The position numbers and the translations under genes were made by a program. Shown piece by piece: positions 1-10,828 of a DNA stretch of 64,000 bases (its first letter is position 1; the number at the start of each line of letters is the position of its first letter). Source of the DNA: Candidatus Eiseniibacteriota bacterium (GTDB lineage Bacteria > Eisenbacteria > RBG-16-71-46). The DNA lies in NCBI GenBank assembly GCA_963717505.1, contig OY970342.1, forward strand, positions 2,816,001-2,880,000. The letters are read 5' to 3'. The notes beneath the pieces were generated by a model. The model saw only the letters and a list, made by a program, of their open reading frames with translations, was not told the origin of the DNA and ran no database searches.

Positions 1-213
1 ACCGGAACCGTGATGAAGGCCGGCGGCATTCTGCACATCGAGGATGGTTTGCCGGCGGCGGTGATCGACGAACTGAAGCGACGCGGCCACGTGATCGAGC
101 CCGAGCCGGTTGGCGTCTACGGCGGCTATCAGGCGATCTGGCGCGATCCGGTGACCGGGTTCTACATCGGCGCGACCGAGAGGCGGAAAGACGGCTGCGC
201 GCTGGGGTATTGA
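1..213 (+). CDS. ggt: Gamma-glutamyltransferase family protein, C-terminal end (begins before the window)
   Basis: Frame open from base 1; ends ...ELKRRGH...GGYQAIWRD...GATERRKDGCALGY*, a typical GGT small-subunit C-terminus. Confidence 0.8.
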   Translation, partial: TGTVMKAGGILHIEDGLPAAVIDELKRRGHVIEPEPVGVYGGYQAIWRDPVTGFYIGATERRKDGCALGY

Positions 214-342
214 GGCTGGACCGCGGCGTTTCGGCCGGTTTGCGGTCGATCGCCAAGATGCGAGCGAAAGGGTTTGCCGGGCTGCAGGTGGGTCCGATAA
301 CCTAGCTGCGTCCCCTCGACCCCAACCAGTGGAGTCCCCCCG

Positions 343-2490
343 ATGGCGGCCACCCGGACGACCGCGACCACCCGCAGCTCCCGCTGGCACGGGCTGACCC
401 CCGAAGACCTGATCGGCCTCTACCGCACCATGTTCACGTCGCGGAAGGCCGACGACGAGGAGATCCGGCTCAAGAAGCTGGACAAGATCTTCTTCCAGAT
501 CTCGGGCGCCGGGCACGAGGCGGTGCTGGCCGCGGCGGGGAAGGCGCTCAAGCCGGGTTACGACTGGTTCTACCCCTACTACCGCGACCGGGCGCTGTGC
601 CTCGCAGCTCGGCATGACCCCGCGGAGATGCTGCTGTCGGCGGTGGCGTCGGCCGAGGACCCGAACTCGGGCGGCCGCCAGATGCCGAGCCACTGGGGCC
701 ACAAGAAGCTCAACATCGTCTCGCAGTCGAGCCCGACCGGGACCCAGTTCCTGCAGGCGGTCGGTGCTGCCGAGGCGCTCGTCAAGTACCGCGACCTCGA
801 GGCCTCAGTACCCCGAGCTCAACGGCAAGGTGCACGGCGACGAAGTCGTGTACGTCAGCGCCGGCGACGGCACCACCAGCCAGGGCGAGTTCTGGGAGGC
901 GCTGAACTCGGCCTGCTGCCTCAAGCTCCCGGTGCTGTTCCTGGTCGAGGACAACGGCTACGCGATCTCGGTGCCGGTCGACGTCCAGACGGCGGGCGGC
1001 AACGTCGCGACCCTGGTGCGCAACTTCCCGAATCTCCACTGGGTGGGCGAGATCAACGGCAACGACCCGATCGAGTCCTACGGAATCCTGAAAGAGGCGG
1101 TCGCCTACTGCCGCGCCCGCAAGGGTCCGGCGTTCGTGCGGGCGATGGTCACGCGCCCCTACTCGCACTCGATGTCGGACGACGAGTCCAAGTACCGGAC
1201 GCAAGGCCGAGCGCGACGCCGAGGCGGAGCGCGACTGCCTGCGCACCTTCTCGCGTTACCTGGTCGATGAGGGCGTGCTCGACGCCGCCGGGCTCGAGCG
1301 TCTGCACGAAGAGGTACAGACCGACGCTGCGCGCAGGCGGCCGAGGAGGCGCTCGAGAGTCCGCAGCCGCCAGTCGCGACTGCAACCGACTACGTGTTCT
1401 CGCCCGACCGTCGATCCGACCTCGGATCGTTTCGTGGTCCGAGCCGAAGGTCGAGGACCCCGAAGCAGCCGAGACCATGCTCCAGAGCATCAACTACTGC
1501 CTGCGCGACGAGATGAAGCGCAACCCGCGCATCGTCATGTTCGGCGAGGACATCGCCGACGCCTCGCACGAGGATGTGCTGGACGAGACCAAGGGCAAGG
1601 GCGGCGTGTTCGGCGTCACCTGGGGCCTGCAGAAGCTCTACGGCGGCAAGCGCGTCTACAACTCGCCGCTCGCCGAGGCCAACATCGTCGGCCGCGCGAT
1701 CGGCCTCGCCACGCTGGGCTTGAAGCCGGTGGTCGAGATCCAGTTCTTCGACTACATCTGGCCGGCCATGATGCAGATCCGGAACGAGCTGGGCTACATG
1801 CGCTATCGCTCGAACAACGCGTTCTCGTGCCCGGTGATGATCCGCACCGCCTACGGCGGCTACCTGCGCGGCGGCGCGCCCTACCACAGCCAGTGCGGCG
1901 AGAGCATCTTCGCGCACTGCCCCGGGCATTCGCGTCGTGCTGCCGAGCAACGCCATGGACGCCGTCGGTCTGATGCGCACGGCGCTCCGCAGCGAGGACC
2001 CGGTGCTGTTCCTCGAGCACAAGCACCTGTACCGGCAGCCCTACGCCAAGTCGCCCTACCCGGGTCCCGACTACACGGTGCCGTTCGGCCGCGCGCGCGT
2101 CGTGCGCGCGGGCGACGACGTCACGGTCGTCACCTATGGCGCGCTGGTCCAGCGCACGTTTCTCGCCGCGCAGGAGCTGGCGGAAGAGGGGATCGAGGCC
2201 GAGGTGCTCGACCTGCGCACGATCCAGCCGCTCGACTTCGAGTCGATCGCGCGCTCGGTGGCAGAAGACCGGCCGCGTGATCGTCGCCCACGAGGACACG
2301 CTGTTCTGCGGCTACGGCGCCGAGGTCGCGGCGCGCGTCGCCAGCGAGTGCTTCATGGACCTCGACGCTCCGGTGCGCCGCGTCGGCGCGCTCGACACCC
2401 CGGTGGCGTACGCGCCCACAGCTCGAGGACGTGATCCTGCCGCAGAAGGACACGATGGTGCGCGCGATCCGGGAGCTGGCCGAGTACTAG
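343..2490 (+). CDS. Fused alpha/beta E1 subunit of a TPP-dependent (branched-chain) 2-oxoacid dehydrogenase; multiple frameshifts
   Basis: Alpha motifs [19 protein letters not shown] and [10 protein letters not shown]...EDNGYAIS; beta motifs [39 protein letters not shown] and [12 protein letters not shown]. These are spread over ORFs 343, 614, 1937 and 2136; terminal stop at ...ELAEY* 2490. Confidence 0.88.
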
Positions 2491-2497
2491 GGTCCGC

Positions 2498-4891
2498 CTA
2501 ACGGTGTTTCGTCAGCACCGCCGAAGACTCCTGGGCGGCCGAAATCCGTGCCCAGTCCATCAATAACGGCACGTACTGGTGGTCGGCCCACTTCTGCAGG
2601 TGGTCCCGTGAGTGAGCACTCGCTGGATCCCCGCTGTTCCCCGGCGGCAGGATCACCAGCGACGATTCGGCGACCGCCAGGTCCACGAGATGGCGCATCA
2701 CGGGAGCATGGGTGAACTCCGTGCTCCACGGCAGCCGCGACGGTCCGACGCTCGGCGTGCCGTTGTCGCCGTCGGCGGGTACCGGACTCGGCTCCATCGA
2801 TCGTGACGTGTCGCGGCTCAGCGAATGGCGGAAGCGCGCCCGGTGGCCGCGCGCCCAACGCCAGGTCGACAGATCGGGACCGAATTCGGCCTCGAGGTAG
2901 GTGAGTGCGGTGTCGAGGGCGGCCACTGCCGCGCTCGTCGGGGTCTCGCCCTTCAATGCCTCCGGCGCTCGGCCGTCGAGTGCCGCGATGGTCAGACCTT
3001 GGCGTCCGTCCAGCTCGAAGCGGCGCGACAGTGCGGCAAACCAAGAGCGGTGGAGCGTGGGACCCACGCGATCGCGCCGGGCCGACAGGTTCCATGCACG
3101 CAGACTGTCGATCGCCTGACGCGCGCGCGGATCGAGCGAGCTCGAAACCGAGTCGACCGCACGCAAGAGCCTCGGGACCATGCGCTCGGCCGGCAGCGAG
3201 TGGATGTCGTTCTGGATGCGCGCCATGTCTTCCAGCGTGTGTCGGCGTTTTGCCGACAGCAGTTGATCCAAACGCAGGGGCCGATCCTGCGGCCAGTCGT
3301 AGCGCGTCCACGTGCGCAGGTCGAGGCCGGCGGCCGGCAGATTGTTGCCGTTGACCACGTGGCCATCGGGTGGTACTCGCCACGACGGCAGCTCTGCCGA
3401 GGTCAGAACGGCGCTCCACTCGTGAGCCCCGTCGCCGGGCAGCGGGCCGAAGCCCGGTTCGAATTCGCGCATCGGCACCTGGCCCACCGGCTGGTAGATC
3501 ACGCTGCCATTGACGTCGGCGGTGACCACGTTGAGCCCAGGGGTGACCAGGGTGCGCCAGCGCTCGGCGACCTCCTCGGCGCTCTGCGATTGCTCGAGCC
3601 CGATCATTCGCGCCAGCGTGACCTTGGACTCGTCGCGCGCCCAGCCGCACGAGTACGCGATGCCTCGTTTGTTGGCGTAGACCAGCACCGGCCCATGGGG
3701 CGTGTAACGCCGCACCTGTCCAAGCGGGGGAATCAGGATGCCGCCCGGTAGCCGGAACTGCATGGTGAACGGTTCTTCGCGAATCGGCACCCACTGGCCC
3801 TTGTACCGCACGCTCTTGCCATCCGCCGACAGCGTGTCGGCCCAGACGTCGACCACGTCGGCGGCGAGCGAGGTCACGCCCCACGCGCAGCGGTCGTTTC
3901 GTCCGCTGACGATCGACGGCAGCCCGGGCACGCACGCGCCGGCGGCGCGGACCACGCCCGGGACTTCGAAGTGGACCAGGTAGAGCTGCGCGGGATTCGT
4001 GGGGCTCAGGTGCAGGTCGTTGGCGAGCATCGGACGACCGCTGGCACTCCGCCGCGGCCCGACGGCGAAGATATCGCTCGCGCGCTGGTCGGGCTCGCGC
4101 TCGAGCAGCCAATCACCGAGGGTTTCGCGCGCCCGGGCCTCGAGGTCGATGTCGGCGAGGTGTTGTCCGGTCGGCTGCCCGCGCGCAGGAGTTGGAGGGG
4201 AGGCCGGCTCACGGCTCGCCGTGGCCGGTACGTTCGCCCCGGCAGCGCCCTCCGGAATCGTGCGGTAGTCGAACTCGAGGTCCCATCGCCGGCGCGCGGC
4301 CATCCACTCGGCACCCTTTTCGTTCACCGTCGTCTCTTCGTTCAGCTCCGGCACCGCGAAGTCGAGAAGCAGGCCCATGCCCAGCAACAGGACGATCGAG
4401 TCCGCTGGTTCCCAGTCCTCCGGCGTGTGCCCGATGCGGCGGAACTCTTCAGGCCACGGACGTGCGCCCGAGCGGCATTCCTCGAGTAGCGCGTTGATGC
4501 CGTCGGTGAACCGCTCCAGCGCGCGGCGGGTCGTTGTGTCGCTCCGCTCGCGCCGCCACACCCGGTCGGCCATCGCCCCGAACTCGAGCAACTGGGCGCC
4601 ACCATCGTCGCGCAGCTTGTCGTTACCGAACCAGCGCCACAGCTCGCCGCGCCCGGCCTGGCGCGCGTAGGCGATCTGCCACAAACGATCGCGGCCCGTG
4701 ACCCAACCCCAGGCGTAGTAGAGGTCGTCGGTCGACTCCGCGCGCAGATGAGGAATCCCCCAGCGATCGGTGATGATCGTGACGTCGTGGACCGGGCCGG
4801 GGATCGGCGTGGTGCGCGGTGGAATCGGCGCCTCGGCGCAGCCGGTCGCCGCTACCACGATGGCCATGAACAGCAGGGAAGCTCGGCGCAT
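2498..4891 (-). CDS. Penicillin acylase family (S45, Ntn hydrolase) lipoprotein
   Basis: [14 protein letters not shown], beta-chain start [24 protein letters not shown], and [12 protein letters not shown]; lipobox-like AATGC; start codon uncertain. Confidence 0.88.
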   Translation of the reverse strand: MRRASLLFMAIVVAATGCAEAPIPPRTTPIPGPVHDVTIITDRWGIPHLRAESTDDLYYAWGWVTGRDRLWQIAYARQAGRGELWRWFGNDKLRDDGGAQLLEFGAMADRVWRRERSDTTTRRALERFTDGINALLEECRSGARPWPEEFRRIGHTPEDWEPADSIVLLLGMGLLLDFAVPELNEETTVNEKGAEWMAARRRWDLEFDYRTIPEGAAGANVPATASREPASPPTPARGQPTGQHLADIDLEARARETLGDWLLEREPDQRASDIFAVGPRRSASGRPMLANDLHLSPTNPAQLYLVHFEVPGVVRAAGACVPGLPSIVSGRNDRCAWGVTSLAADVVDVWADTLSADGKSVRYKGQWVPIREEPFTMQFRLPGGILIPPLGQVRRYTPHGPVLVYANKRGIAYSCGWARDESKVTLARMIGLEQSQSAEEVAERWRTLVTPGLNVVTADVNGSVIYQPVGQVPMREFEPGFGPLPGDGAHEWSAVLTSAELPSWRVPPDGHVVNGNNLPAAGLDLRTWTRYDWPQDRPLRLDQLLSAKRRHTLEDMARIQNDIHSLPAERMVPRLLRAVDSVSSSLDPRARQAIDSLRAWNLSARRDRVGPTLHRSWFAALSRRFELDGRQGLTIAALDGRAPEALKGETPTSAAVAALDTALTYLEAEFGPDLSTWRWARGHRARFRHSLSRDTSRSMEPSPVPADGDNGTPSVGPSRLPWSTEFTHAPVMRHLVDLAVAESSLVILPPGNSGDPASAHSRDHLQKWADHQYVPLLMDWARISAAQESSAVLTKHR

Positions 4892-5008
4892 GACCGCGCA
4901 CTGTGCCATCATGGGCTTCGCCCGTCGAGGCACGTTCGCGGCCTGTGCTTGACGTTCGTTCCGGCCGTGTCGCTGTGAGTTCACGCGGATGGATCAATGG
5001 GGAAGGAT

Positions 5009-5929
5009 ATGTCGAGCGCGATCCGAATCGGTCTGGACCTCGGTGGCACCGACCTGAAGGCCATCGCGCTCGGTCCGGAAGATAGGGTCCTGCACTTTAC
5101 GCGCGTGCCGTCGCGGGCGGGCGAGGGGGCCGAGGGGCCGATCGATGCCATGCGCGCGGCATTCGCTGAGGTGTCTGCCGCGACCGATGGCTCGGGGCGA
5201 AGTTCCAATCCACTTCGGGTTGGCCTCGGCTGCCCCGGCGCGATCGACCCCGAGACCGGCGCCCTGCGCGGACCGACGCCACACCTTCCACACTGGAACG
5301 GCTTCCCGTTGGCGTCGCGCGCACAGGCGGCGCTCGGCCATCCGGTGCACGTCGAGAATGACGCCACTTGCGCGGCATGGGCCGAACACCGACTCGGAGC
5401 GGCGCGCGACACGCGGGTTTCGATCACAGTCACGATCGGCACCGGAGTCGGGTGCGGCATCGTCATCGACGGTCGTCCGTTTCGCGGCGCCCATGGCGGC
5501 GCCGGTGAGATCGGCCATTTGCCGCTCGGTCCGGCAGGGTCCGAGTGCGCTTGCGGCGTCGAGGGCTGCGCCGAACCCTGGATGTCGGGCGACGGGCTGG
5601 CCGATGCGGCCCGCGCATCGGGACTCGGCCCCGTGACGGCGAGCGAGATCTTTGCGCTCGCGGCTCGCGGCAATCACGTCGCGCGCTCGATGGTCGAGCG
5701 TCTGGCCGACCGACTGGGAGCGGCGTTGGCGAGCGCCGTCCACATCCTGGATCCCGAGGTGATCGTGCTCGGTGGTGGCGTGTCGTCGGCCGGGCCGCCG
5801 CTGATCGACGCCGTGACCCGCGCCCTCGACCGCTACGTCATGCGTTCGCATCGCGCCGGGTTCCGCCTGGAGCTGGCGGCACTCGGCGAACGGGCGGGCG
5901 CGATCGGCGCGGCGCTGTTGACGGAATAG
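5009..5929 (+). CDS. ROK family sugar kinase (glucokinase-like)
   Basis: GLDLGGT, VENDATCAA, TIGTGVGCG, GAGEIGH and Zn motif CACGVEGCAE; GAAGGA just upstream of ATG 5009. Confidence 0.92.
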   Translation: MSSAIRIGLDLGGTDLKAIALGPEDRVLHFTRVPSRAGEGAEGPIDAMRAAFAEVSAATDGSGRSSNPLRVGLGCPGAIDPETGALRGPTPHLPHWNGFPLASRAQAALGHPVHVENDATCAAWAEHRLGAARDTRVSITVTIGTGVGCGIVIDGRPFRGAHGGAGEIGHLPLGPAGSECACGVEGCAEPWMSGDGLADAARASGLGPVTASEIFALAARGNHVARSMVERLADRLGAALASAVHILDPEVIVLGGGVSSAGPPLIDAVTRALDRYVMRSHRAGFRLELAALGERAGAIGAALLTE

Positions 5930-5965
5930 CTCGCAAGCTTTCGGCCGCGAAGAGGAAGCGAAGGC

Positions 5966-7312
5966 CTACCCGATCGTGACCAGCGCCGGTGCTGACTGCC
6001 GCGCGGCGACCGGCTCGGCCGATCAACGTCATCGACGTGGAGCCGACGACTCGCACCCGCGCGAGCGAACCCGCCGGCGTGCCGTCGTCGGGGAATACGA
6101 CGGTCTTGAACTGCCGCGATCTTGCCGAGCAGCTGACTCGCATCGCGCCGCGCCGGGCCCTCGACCAGCACTTCGACCTCGCGCCCGAGCCAGCGCGTCG
6201 TTGCGTCTCGGCCGAGATCGACTGCTGGAGGTCGATCAGCGCTTCGAGCCGCCGCGCCCTTCTCCTCCTCGCTCACCGTCTCGGGCCAGCGCCAGGCCTT
6301 GGTGTCGGGGCGCGCCGAGTACTTGAACAGGAACGCGCTGTCGAAGCGGACCTCGCGCATGTAGTCCGACCGTGCGTCTCGAAGTCGCCTCGGTCTCGCC
6401 GGGGAAGCCGACGATGATGTCGGTGCTGAGCGCCAGCTCGGGAATCGCGGCGCGCAGTCGCGCGACGACGCGCCGGTACCCGGCCATGGTGTAGGTGCGG
6501 TTCATCGCCTCGAGCACCGAGTCCGATGCCGACTGCAGCGGCAGGTGGACGTGCGGCATCACCTTCGCGCACTCGGCCATCGCCACGATCACGCGCTCGC
6601 TCATGTCGCTCGGGTGCGGCGAGGTGTAGCGGATGCGCAGGAGGCCGTCGACTGCGTCGGTCGCGCGCAGCAGATCGGCGAAGTCGTGCGTGCCGTCGTG
6701 GTACGAGTTGACCGTCTGCCCGAGGAACACGACCTCGCGGAAGCCCTGTGCGACCGCGCTGCTGCACCTGACGCGATCAGATCGGCGAGCGGCAGGCTGC
6801 GCTCGCGGCCGCGCGTGTAGGGCACGACGCAGTAGGTGCAGAACTTGTCGCAGCCGCGCTGGACGGTGACCCAGGCGCGCACGCCGGGCTCGCGCTTGGG
6901 CTCGAGGTCGCCGTAGGTCTCGTCGCGGTCGAGGCGGACGTGAGCCACCGGCTCGCCCGCCGCGCGGCGCAGCAGGTCGGGGAGGTTGCGGTAGCCGTCG
7001 GGGCCGACCACCAGGTCGAGCACCCGCGCCTGGTCGAGCAGCCGGCCCGCGCAGGTGCTGCGCCATGCAGCCCGCCACGCCGACGACCAGATCCGGGCGT
7101 TCCGCGCTTGAGGCGCGCGAACTCGCCGAGCCGCCCGAGCACGCGCTGCTCGGCGTGCTCGCGGATCGCGCAGGTGTTGAGGATCACGGCGTCCGCCTCT
7201 TCGGGCCGGTCGGTCAGGGTCATGCCCGGCGCGCTCGAGCACGCCGGCCATGACCTCGCTGTCGGCCACGTTCATCTGGCAGCCGTAGGTTTCGAGGAAG
7301 ACGCGTCTTCAT
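5966..7312 (-). CDS. miaB: tRNA-2-methylthio-N6-dimethylallyladenosine synthase MiaB; frameshifted
   Basis: FLETYGCQMN, ILNTCAIREHAE, radical-SAM motif GCDKFCTYCVVP, RYTSPHP, HLPLQSASD, TDIIVGFPGET, FKYSARP and a C-terminal TRAM domain; probable end ...ALVTIG* at 5966. Confidence 0.9.
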
Positions 7313-7483
7313 GAGGCGGCGACGATAGCACGCGCCCACCGCGCCCGGAATCGATCCCGGCGCACCGGGGCCCCGGACTCAGGGTGATCGCAACCCTGGG
7401 CCCTCCGCGCCCGTCCTACTTCCCGACCTTGACCGCCTGCGACACCCTTACGCACCATAAGGGTTCGCCCACGGAGGCCCCGG

Positions 7484-7861
7484 TTGCCCAGCCAGCCCAG
7501 CAAAGAGCTCGTCACCTTCCCGAATCCCACGCCGGGACGGGACTACGTCATCCGTCACGTTGCCCGGAGTACACGGCGATCTGCCCGGTCACCGGCCAGC
7601 CGGACTTCGGCGACGATCGTCGTGATCTACGTTCCCGACCGACTGTGCGTCGAGCTCAAGTCGCTAAAGCTCTACCTGTGGTCGTTCCGCAACGAGGGCC
7701 ACTACTTCGAGCAGGTGACCAACCAGATCCTCGACGACCTGGTGCGCGCGGTAGAGCCGCGGCGGATGACTGTGCTCGGCCGATTCAACGTGCGTGGGGG
7801 CATCGCGACCACCGTGGTCGCGCGCCACCGCCCCGAAGTCGCACCCGCGGCGCGCTCGTGA
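7484..7861 (+). CDS. queF: NADPH-dependent preQ0 reductase QueF (type I); two compensating frameshifts
   Basis: LVTFPNP, CPEYTAICPVTGQPDF (in an alternate frame), QueF motif ELKSLKLYL and FNVRGGI. Confidence 0.9.
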   Translation: MPSQPSKELVTFPNPTPGRDYVIRHVARSTRRSARSPASRTSATIVVIYVPDRLCVELKSLKLYLWSFRNEGHYFEQVTNQILDDLVRAVEPRRMTVLGRFNVRGGIATTVVARHRPEVAPAARS

Positions 7862-7883
7862 GGTCCGGGCCGCTCGGCCGCCC

Positions 7884-10178
7884 ATGAATCCGATCGTCGT
7901 CCTGAGCACCGCCCTTCTCGGGCTCGGCGGCCTGGTGCTGCTACTCGGCGTGGTGATCCTGCGCGAGAACTCCGCGCAGCGGCTCAACCGCATCGTCGCG
8001 GCGATGCTGTTCTTCGGCGGGTTCGGCGCCGTGCTCGCCGGCATCGGCTACCTTGCGGGCCGCACCGGCGCGAGCCTGACGGCGGCCACCGGGCCCGACC
8101 TGCTGCAGAGTATGGCCTACGTCTGGGAGCTGTTCTTCCCGACGTTGTTCCTGTTCGCCAGCGTGTTCCCCGAGGAACGAGGCTTCACGCGGGTGCCGCG
8201 TTTCCTGGGCGCGCGCTTCTGGAATCCCGGGTTCACCACGCTGGTCTATGCGCCGCACGTGTTCCACTTCGCGCTCATGGTCGCGATCTCGCTGGGCGCG
8301 CCGAACCTGACGCTGCAGAAGGGCCCGCTGGCGCTGCTCGAACCCCTGGTTCAAGTGGTTCGCGTGTTCGGCGGCTTGTTCCTGCTCTTCCATCAGGTCC
8401 TGTTCTCGCTGGTCAATCTGGGATTCGGGATTCTCGCAATCCTGCTCTTGTTCGACAGTCATCGGCGCTCGCGGGTGCCCCAACTGCGGCGCCAGCTGTG
8501 GGTGATCGCGGTCGGCCTCACGGCCTCGCTGGTGTTCTACTCGATGGCCACCTCGATCCCCGGACTGTTCAATCGCGAGCTGCCGCCCCAGTGGCGATCG
8601 GTGTTGACCATTGCCGCACTCACCCTCGGCTCGGGGTCGATCGCCTGGTCGATCGTCCGCTACAAGTTCCTCGACGCGAAACTGCTGGCGCGGCGCGGCA
8701 TTCTGTACGCGCTGGGTTCGGCGGTGCTGGTCGGGGCCTACCTGCTGGTCGTCAGCCAGATGAATCGCTACCTCGCCGGCATCGGCGGGACCGGGGCTCA
8801 GGTTCTGCAGCCGGTGCTGCTGATCATCGCGCTCGCGCTGTTCCAGCCGGCGATCGCCCGGCTCGAGCAACTGGTGGACCAGATGTTCCTGCGCGATCCG
8901 ACTGACTATCGAAACGTGCTACGCCAACTCGGCCGCGAGCTGCAGACCACCATCGACCTCGAGTTGTTGCTCGGGCGCACGATCCAGACCGTCGCCGAAA
9001 CGCTGATCCTCGACCGGGCACACATCATCGGCTTCGCGCGTCAGGGCGCGGTCGCGCACACCGGAGCTGGAACGCCGCTGGCGGCGACCGACCTGGCATG
9101 GCTCCAGCAGATCCTGCCGCGAGTGTCGGCCCATCAGCAGAGCTACCGCCTGACCGAGCGGGTCGAGGGCCTGGCGCTCGAGGAGCAGGAGGTTCTGGTG
9201 AATCGCCTGGGCCTCGGCCTGCTGGTACCCATGCGCTGGCGCGGTGACGTGGTCGGCGCCCTGTTGCTCGGTCAGAAGATGGTCGGCACCGGCTACACGC
9301 CCGAGGACATCACCCTGCTGACCACGCTGGCCCAGCAGGTGTCGGTGTCTCTCCAGAACGCGCTCTTGCTCCGCGACCGTGTCTCGGTCGCGCGCTTCGA
9401 GGAAGAGCTGAACCTGGCTCGGCAGATCCAGCGCAATTCACTGCTGTCGGAGTTCCCGCCCATGCCCGGGGCCGAGGTCCATGCCGTGTACATCCCGTCG
9501 CGCCAGGTCGGTGGTGACTTCTACGATGTGGTGCCGACTGGGGATGGCTCGTTTCTGGTCGCGATCGCCGACGTGTCCGGGAAAGGAGTGCCCGCGGCGC
9601 TCCTGTCGTCGATGCTCCAGGCTTCGTTGCGCACCCAGGCCGATGGCACGCGTCCACTGGCCGAGATCCTGCGCACGATCAACGCGCTCATGTACCGGAG
9701 CACGGCGACCCAGCAGTTCGCGACCTTCTTTCTGGCGCGCATCGACACCACGGCGCGCACCCTGACCTTCTCGAACGCGGGTCACAACTATCCGATCGTG
9801 ATCCGGAAAGGCGGTACCCGGCGGACGCTCGAGCGCGGCGGCACGATCCTCGGCATCATCGAGCACGTCGAGTTCGAGGAGGATCAGGTGATCCTGGCGC
9901 CCGGGGACCTGGTCGTGCTCTACACCGACGGGGTCAGCGAGGCGATGAACGACGAGGGCGAGCAGTTCGGCGAGGAGCGGCTGCACGCCTGCCTGGGCGG
10001 GCTGCCCACCGGGCTGCCGGCACGCGAGGTCACCGATCGGCTGCTGGCGGAGGTGCGCACGTTCCTGGACGGCGCCGAACCCCAGGACGACGTCACGCTC
10101 CTGGTGCTGCGGATGACGGAGTCGGTGCCGGCGGCGGCCAGCGGCGAGCGGACGCGGGAGACCGTCGAGGCGCTGTGA
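7884..10178 (+). CDS. Multi-TM sensor with GAF-like and SpoIIE (PP2C) phosphatase domains
   Basis: Hydrophobic N-terminal half, GAF-like middle, and VGGDFYD, IADVSGKG, NAGH, LYTDG and QDDVT. Confidence 0.9.
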   Translation: MNPIVVLSTALLGLGGLVLLLGVVILRENSAQRLNRIVAAMLFFGGFGAVLAGIGYLAGRTGASLTAATGPDLLQSMAYVWELFFPTLFLFASVFPEERGFTRVPRFLGARFWNPGFTTLVYAPHVFHFALMVAISLGAPNLTLQKGPLALLEPLVQVVRVFGGLFLLFHQVLFSLVNLGFGILAILLLFDSHRRSRVPQLRRQLWVIAVGLTASLVFYSMATSIPGLFNRELPPQWRSVLTIAALTLGSGSIAWSIVRYKFLDAKLLARRGILYALGSAVLVGAYLLVVSQMNRYLAGIGGTGAQVLQPVLLIIALALFQPAIARLEQLVDQMFLRDPTDYRNVLRQLGRELQTTIDLELLLGRTIQTVAETLILDRAHIIGFARQGAVAHTGAGTPLAATDLAWLQQILPRVSAHQQSYRLTERVEGLALEEQEVLVNRLGLGLLVPMRWRGDVVGALLLGQKMVGTGYTPEDITLLTTLAQQVSVSLQNALLLRDRVSVARFEEELNLARQIQRNSLLSEFPPMPGAEVHAVYIPSRQVGGDFYDVVPTGDGSFLVAIADVSGKGVPAALLSSMLQASLRTQADGTRPLAEILRTINALMYRSTATQQFATFFLARIDTTARTLTFSNAGHNYPIVIRKGGTRRTLERGGTILGIIEHVEFEEDQVILAPGDLVVLYTDGVSEAMNDEGEQFGEERLHACLGGLPTGLPAREVTDRLLAEVRTFLDGAEPQDDVTLLVLRMTESVPAAASGERTRETVEAL

Positions 10179-10231
10179 GGTGCTCTATTCTATTGCGTGG
10201 AAGTGCGACCTGGAGTTCAATTGAAGCTCGT

Positions 10232-10816
10232 ATGAGCACGCATCGATGGTTGTGCGCCGCACTGTTCGTCCTGGCGCTCGTGCCCGCCGCGGCCACGGCG
10301 GACGAGGTCGGCGCGCCCGCGCCCGTCGATCTACTGGACGGCGCCGGCGAGATCCTCATCCCATCGGAGTGGGCAGGCGTCTGGCAGGTGTCGGACAGTA
10401 TCTACGACTGCCAGGGCTCACCACTGCGAACCGAGACGTACGAGCAAACGCTCTGCCCCGGGCGCCCGTACTCTCCTGGCTTCTATGGGGTTCCTCCTGA
10501 AATCGGCTACGCGATTCCCTTTGAATGCGACGGCACCATCAGCGACACAGACTTGAATGTGATCTGCGCCGCGCTCATCGCACTCGGTTTGGGCGGCTGC
10601 TATGTGAAATTCGATCTTCAAGTCGATGCCACGCGCAACGGGAACACCATGGAAGCCATCAAGATCTTCAACAGCCAGATCCACGGTCCATGCAACCCGG
10701 ACCCGGTCTGCCGAATCGTGCGCTCGACCGCGACGCGGATAGGGCCCGCGCCGAAGTCGTGCGGAACCCCGGTCGATCGAGCTTCGTGGGGGTCAGTGAA
10801 GGTGCGCTATCGATAG
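10232..10816 (+). CDS. Cys-rich secreted hypothetical protein with C-terminal SWGxVKxRYR tail
   Basis: Signal peptide ending AAATA, several Cys residues, ends TPVDRASWGSVKVRYR*. Confidence 0.7.
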   Translation: MSTHRWLCAALFVLALVPAAATADEVGAPAPVDLLDGAGEILIPSEWAGVWQVSDSIYDCQGSPLRTETYEQTLCPGRPYSPGFYGVPPEIGYAIPFECDGTISDTDLNVICAALIALGLGGCYVKFDLQVDATRNGNTMEAIKIFNSQIHGPCNPDPVCRIVRSTATRIGPAPKSCGTPVDRASWGSVKVRYR

Positions 10817-10828
10817 ACGGCTGTGAGG

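Noticed and set aside
10193-10225. TTGCGT-N17-TTCAAT promoter with palindrome TTCAATTGAA
   Set aside because: Plausible but weak, with a single instance; not reported as a feature.
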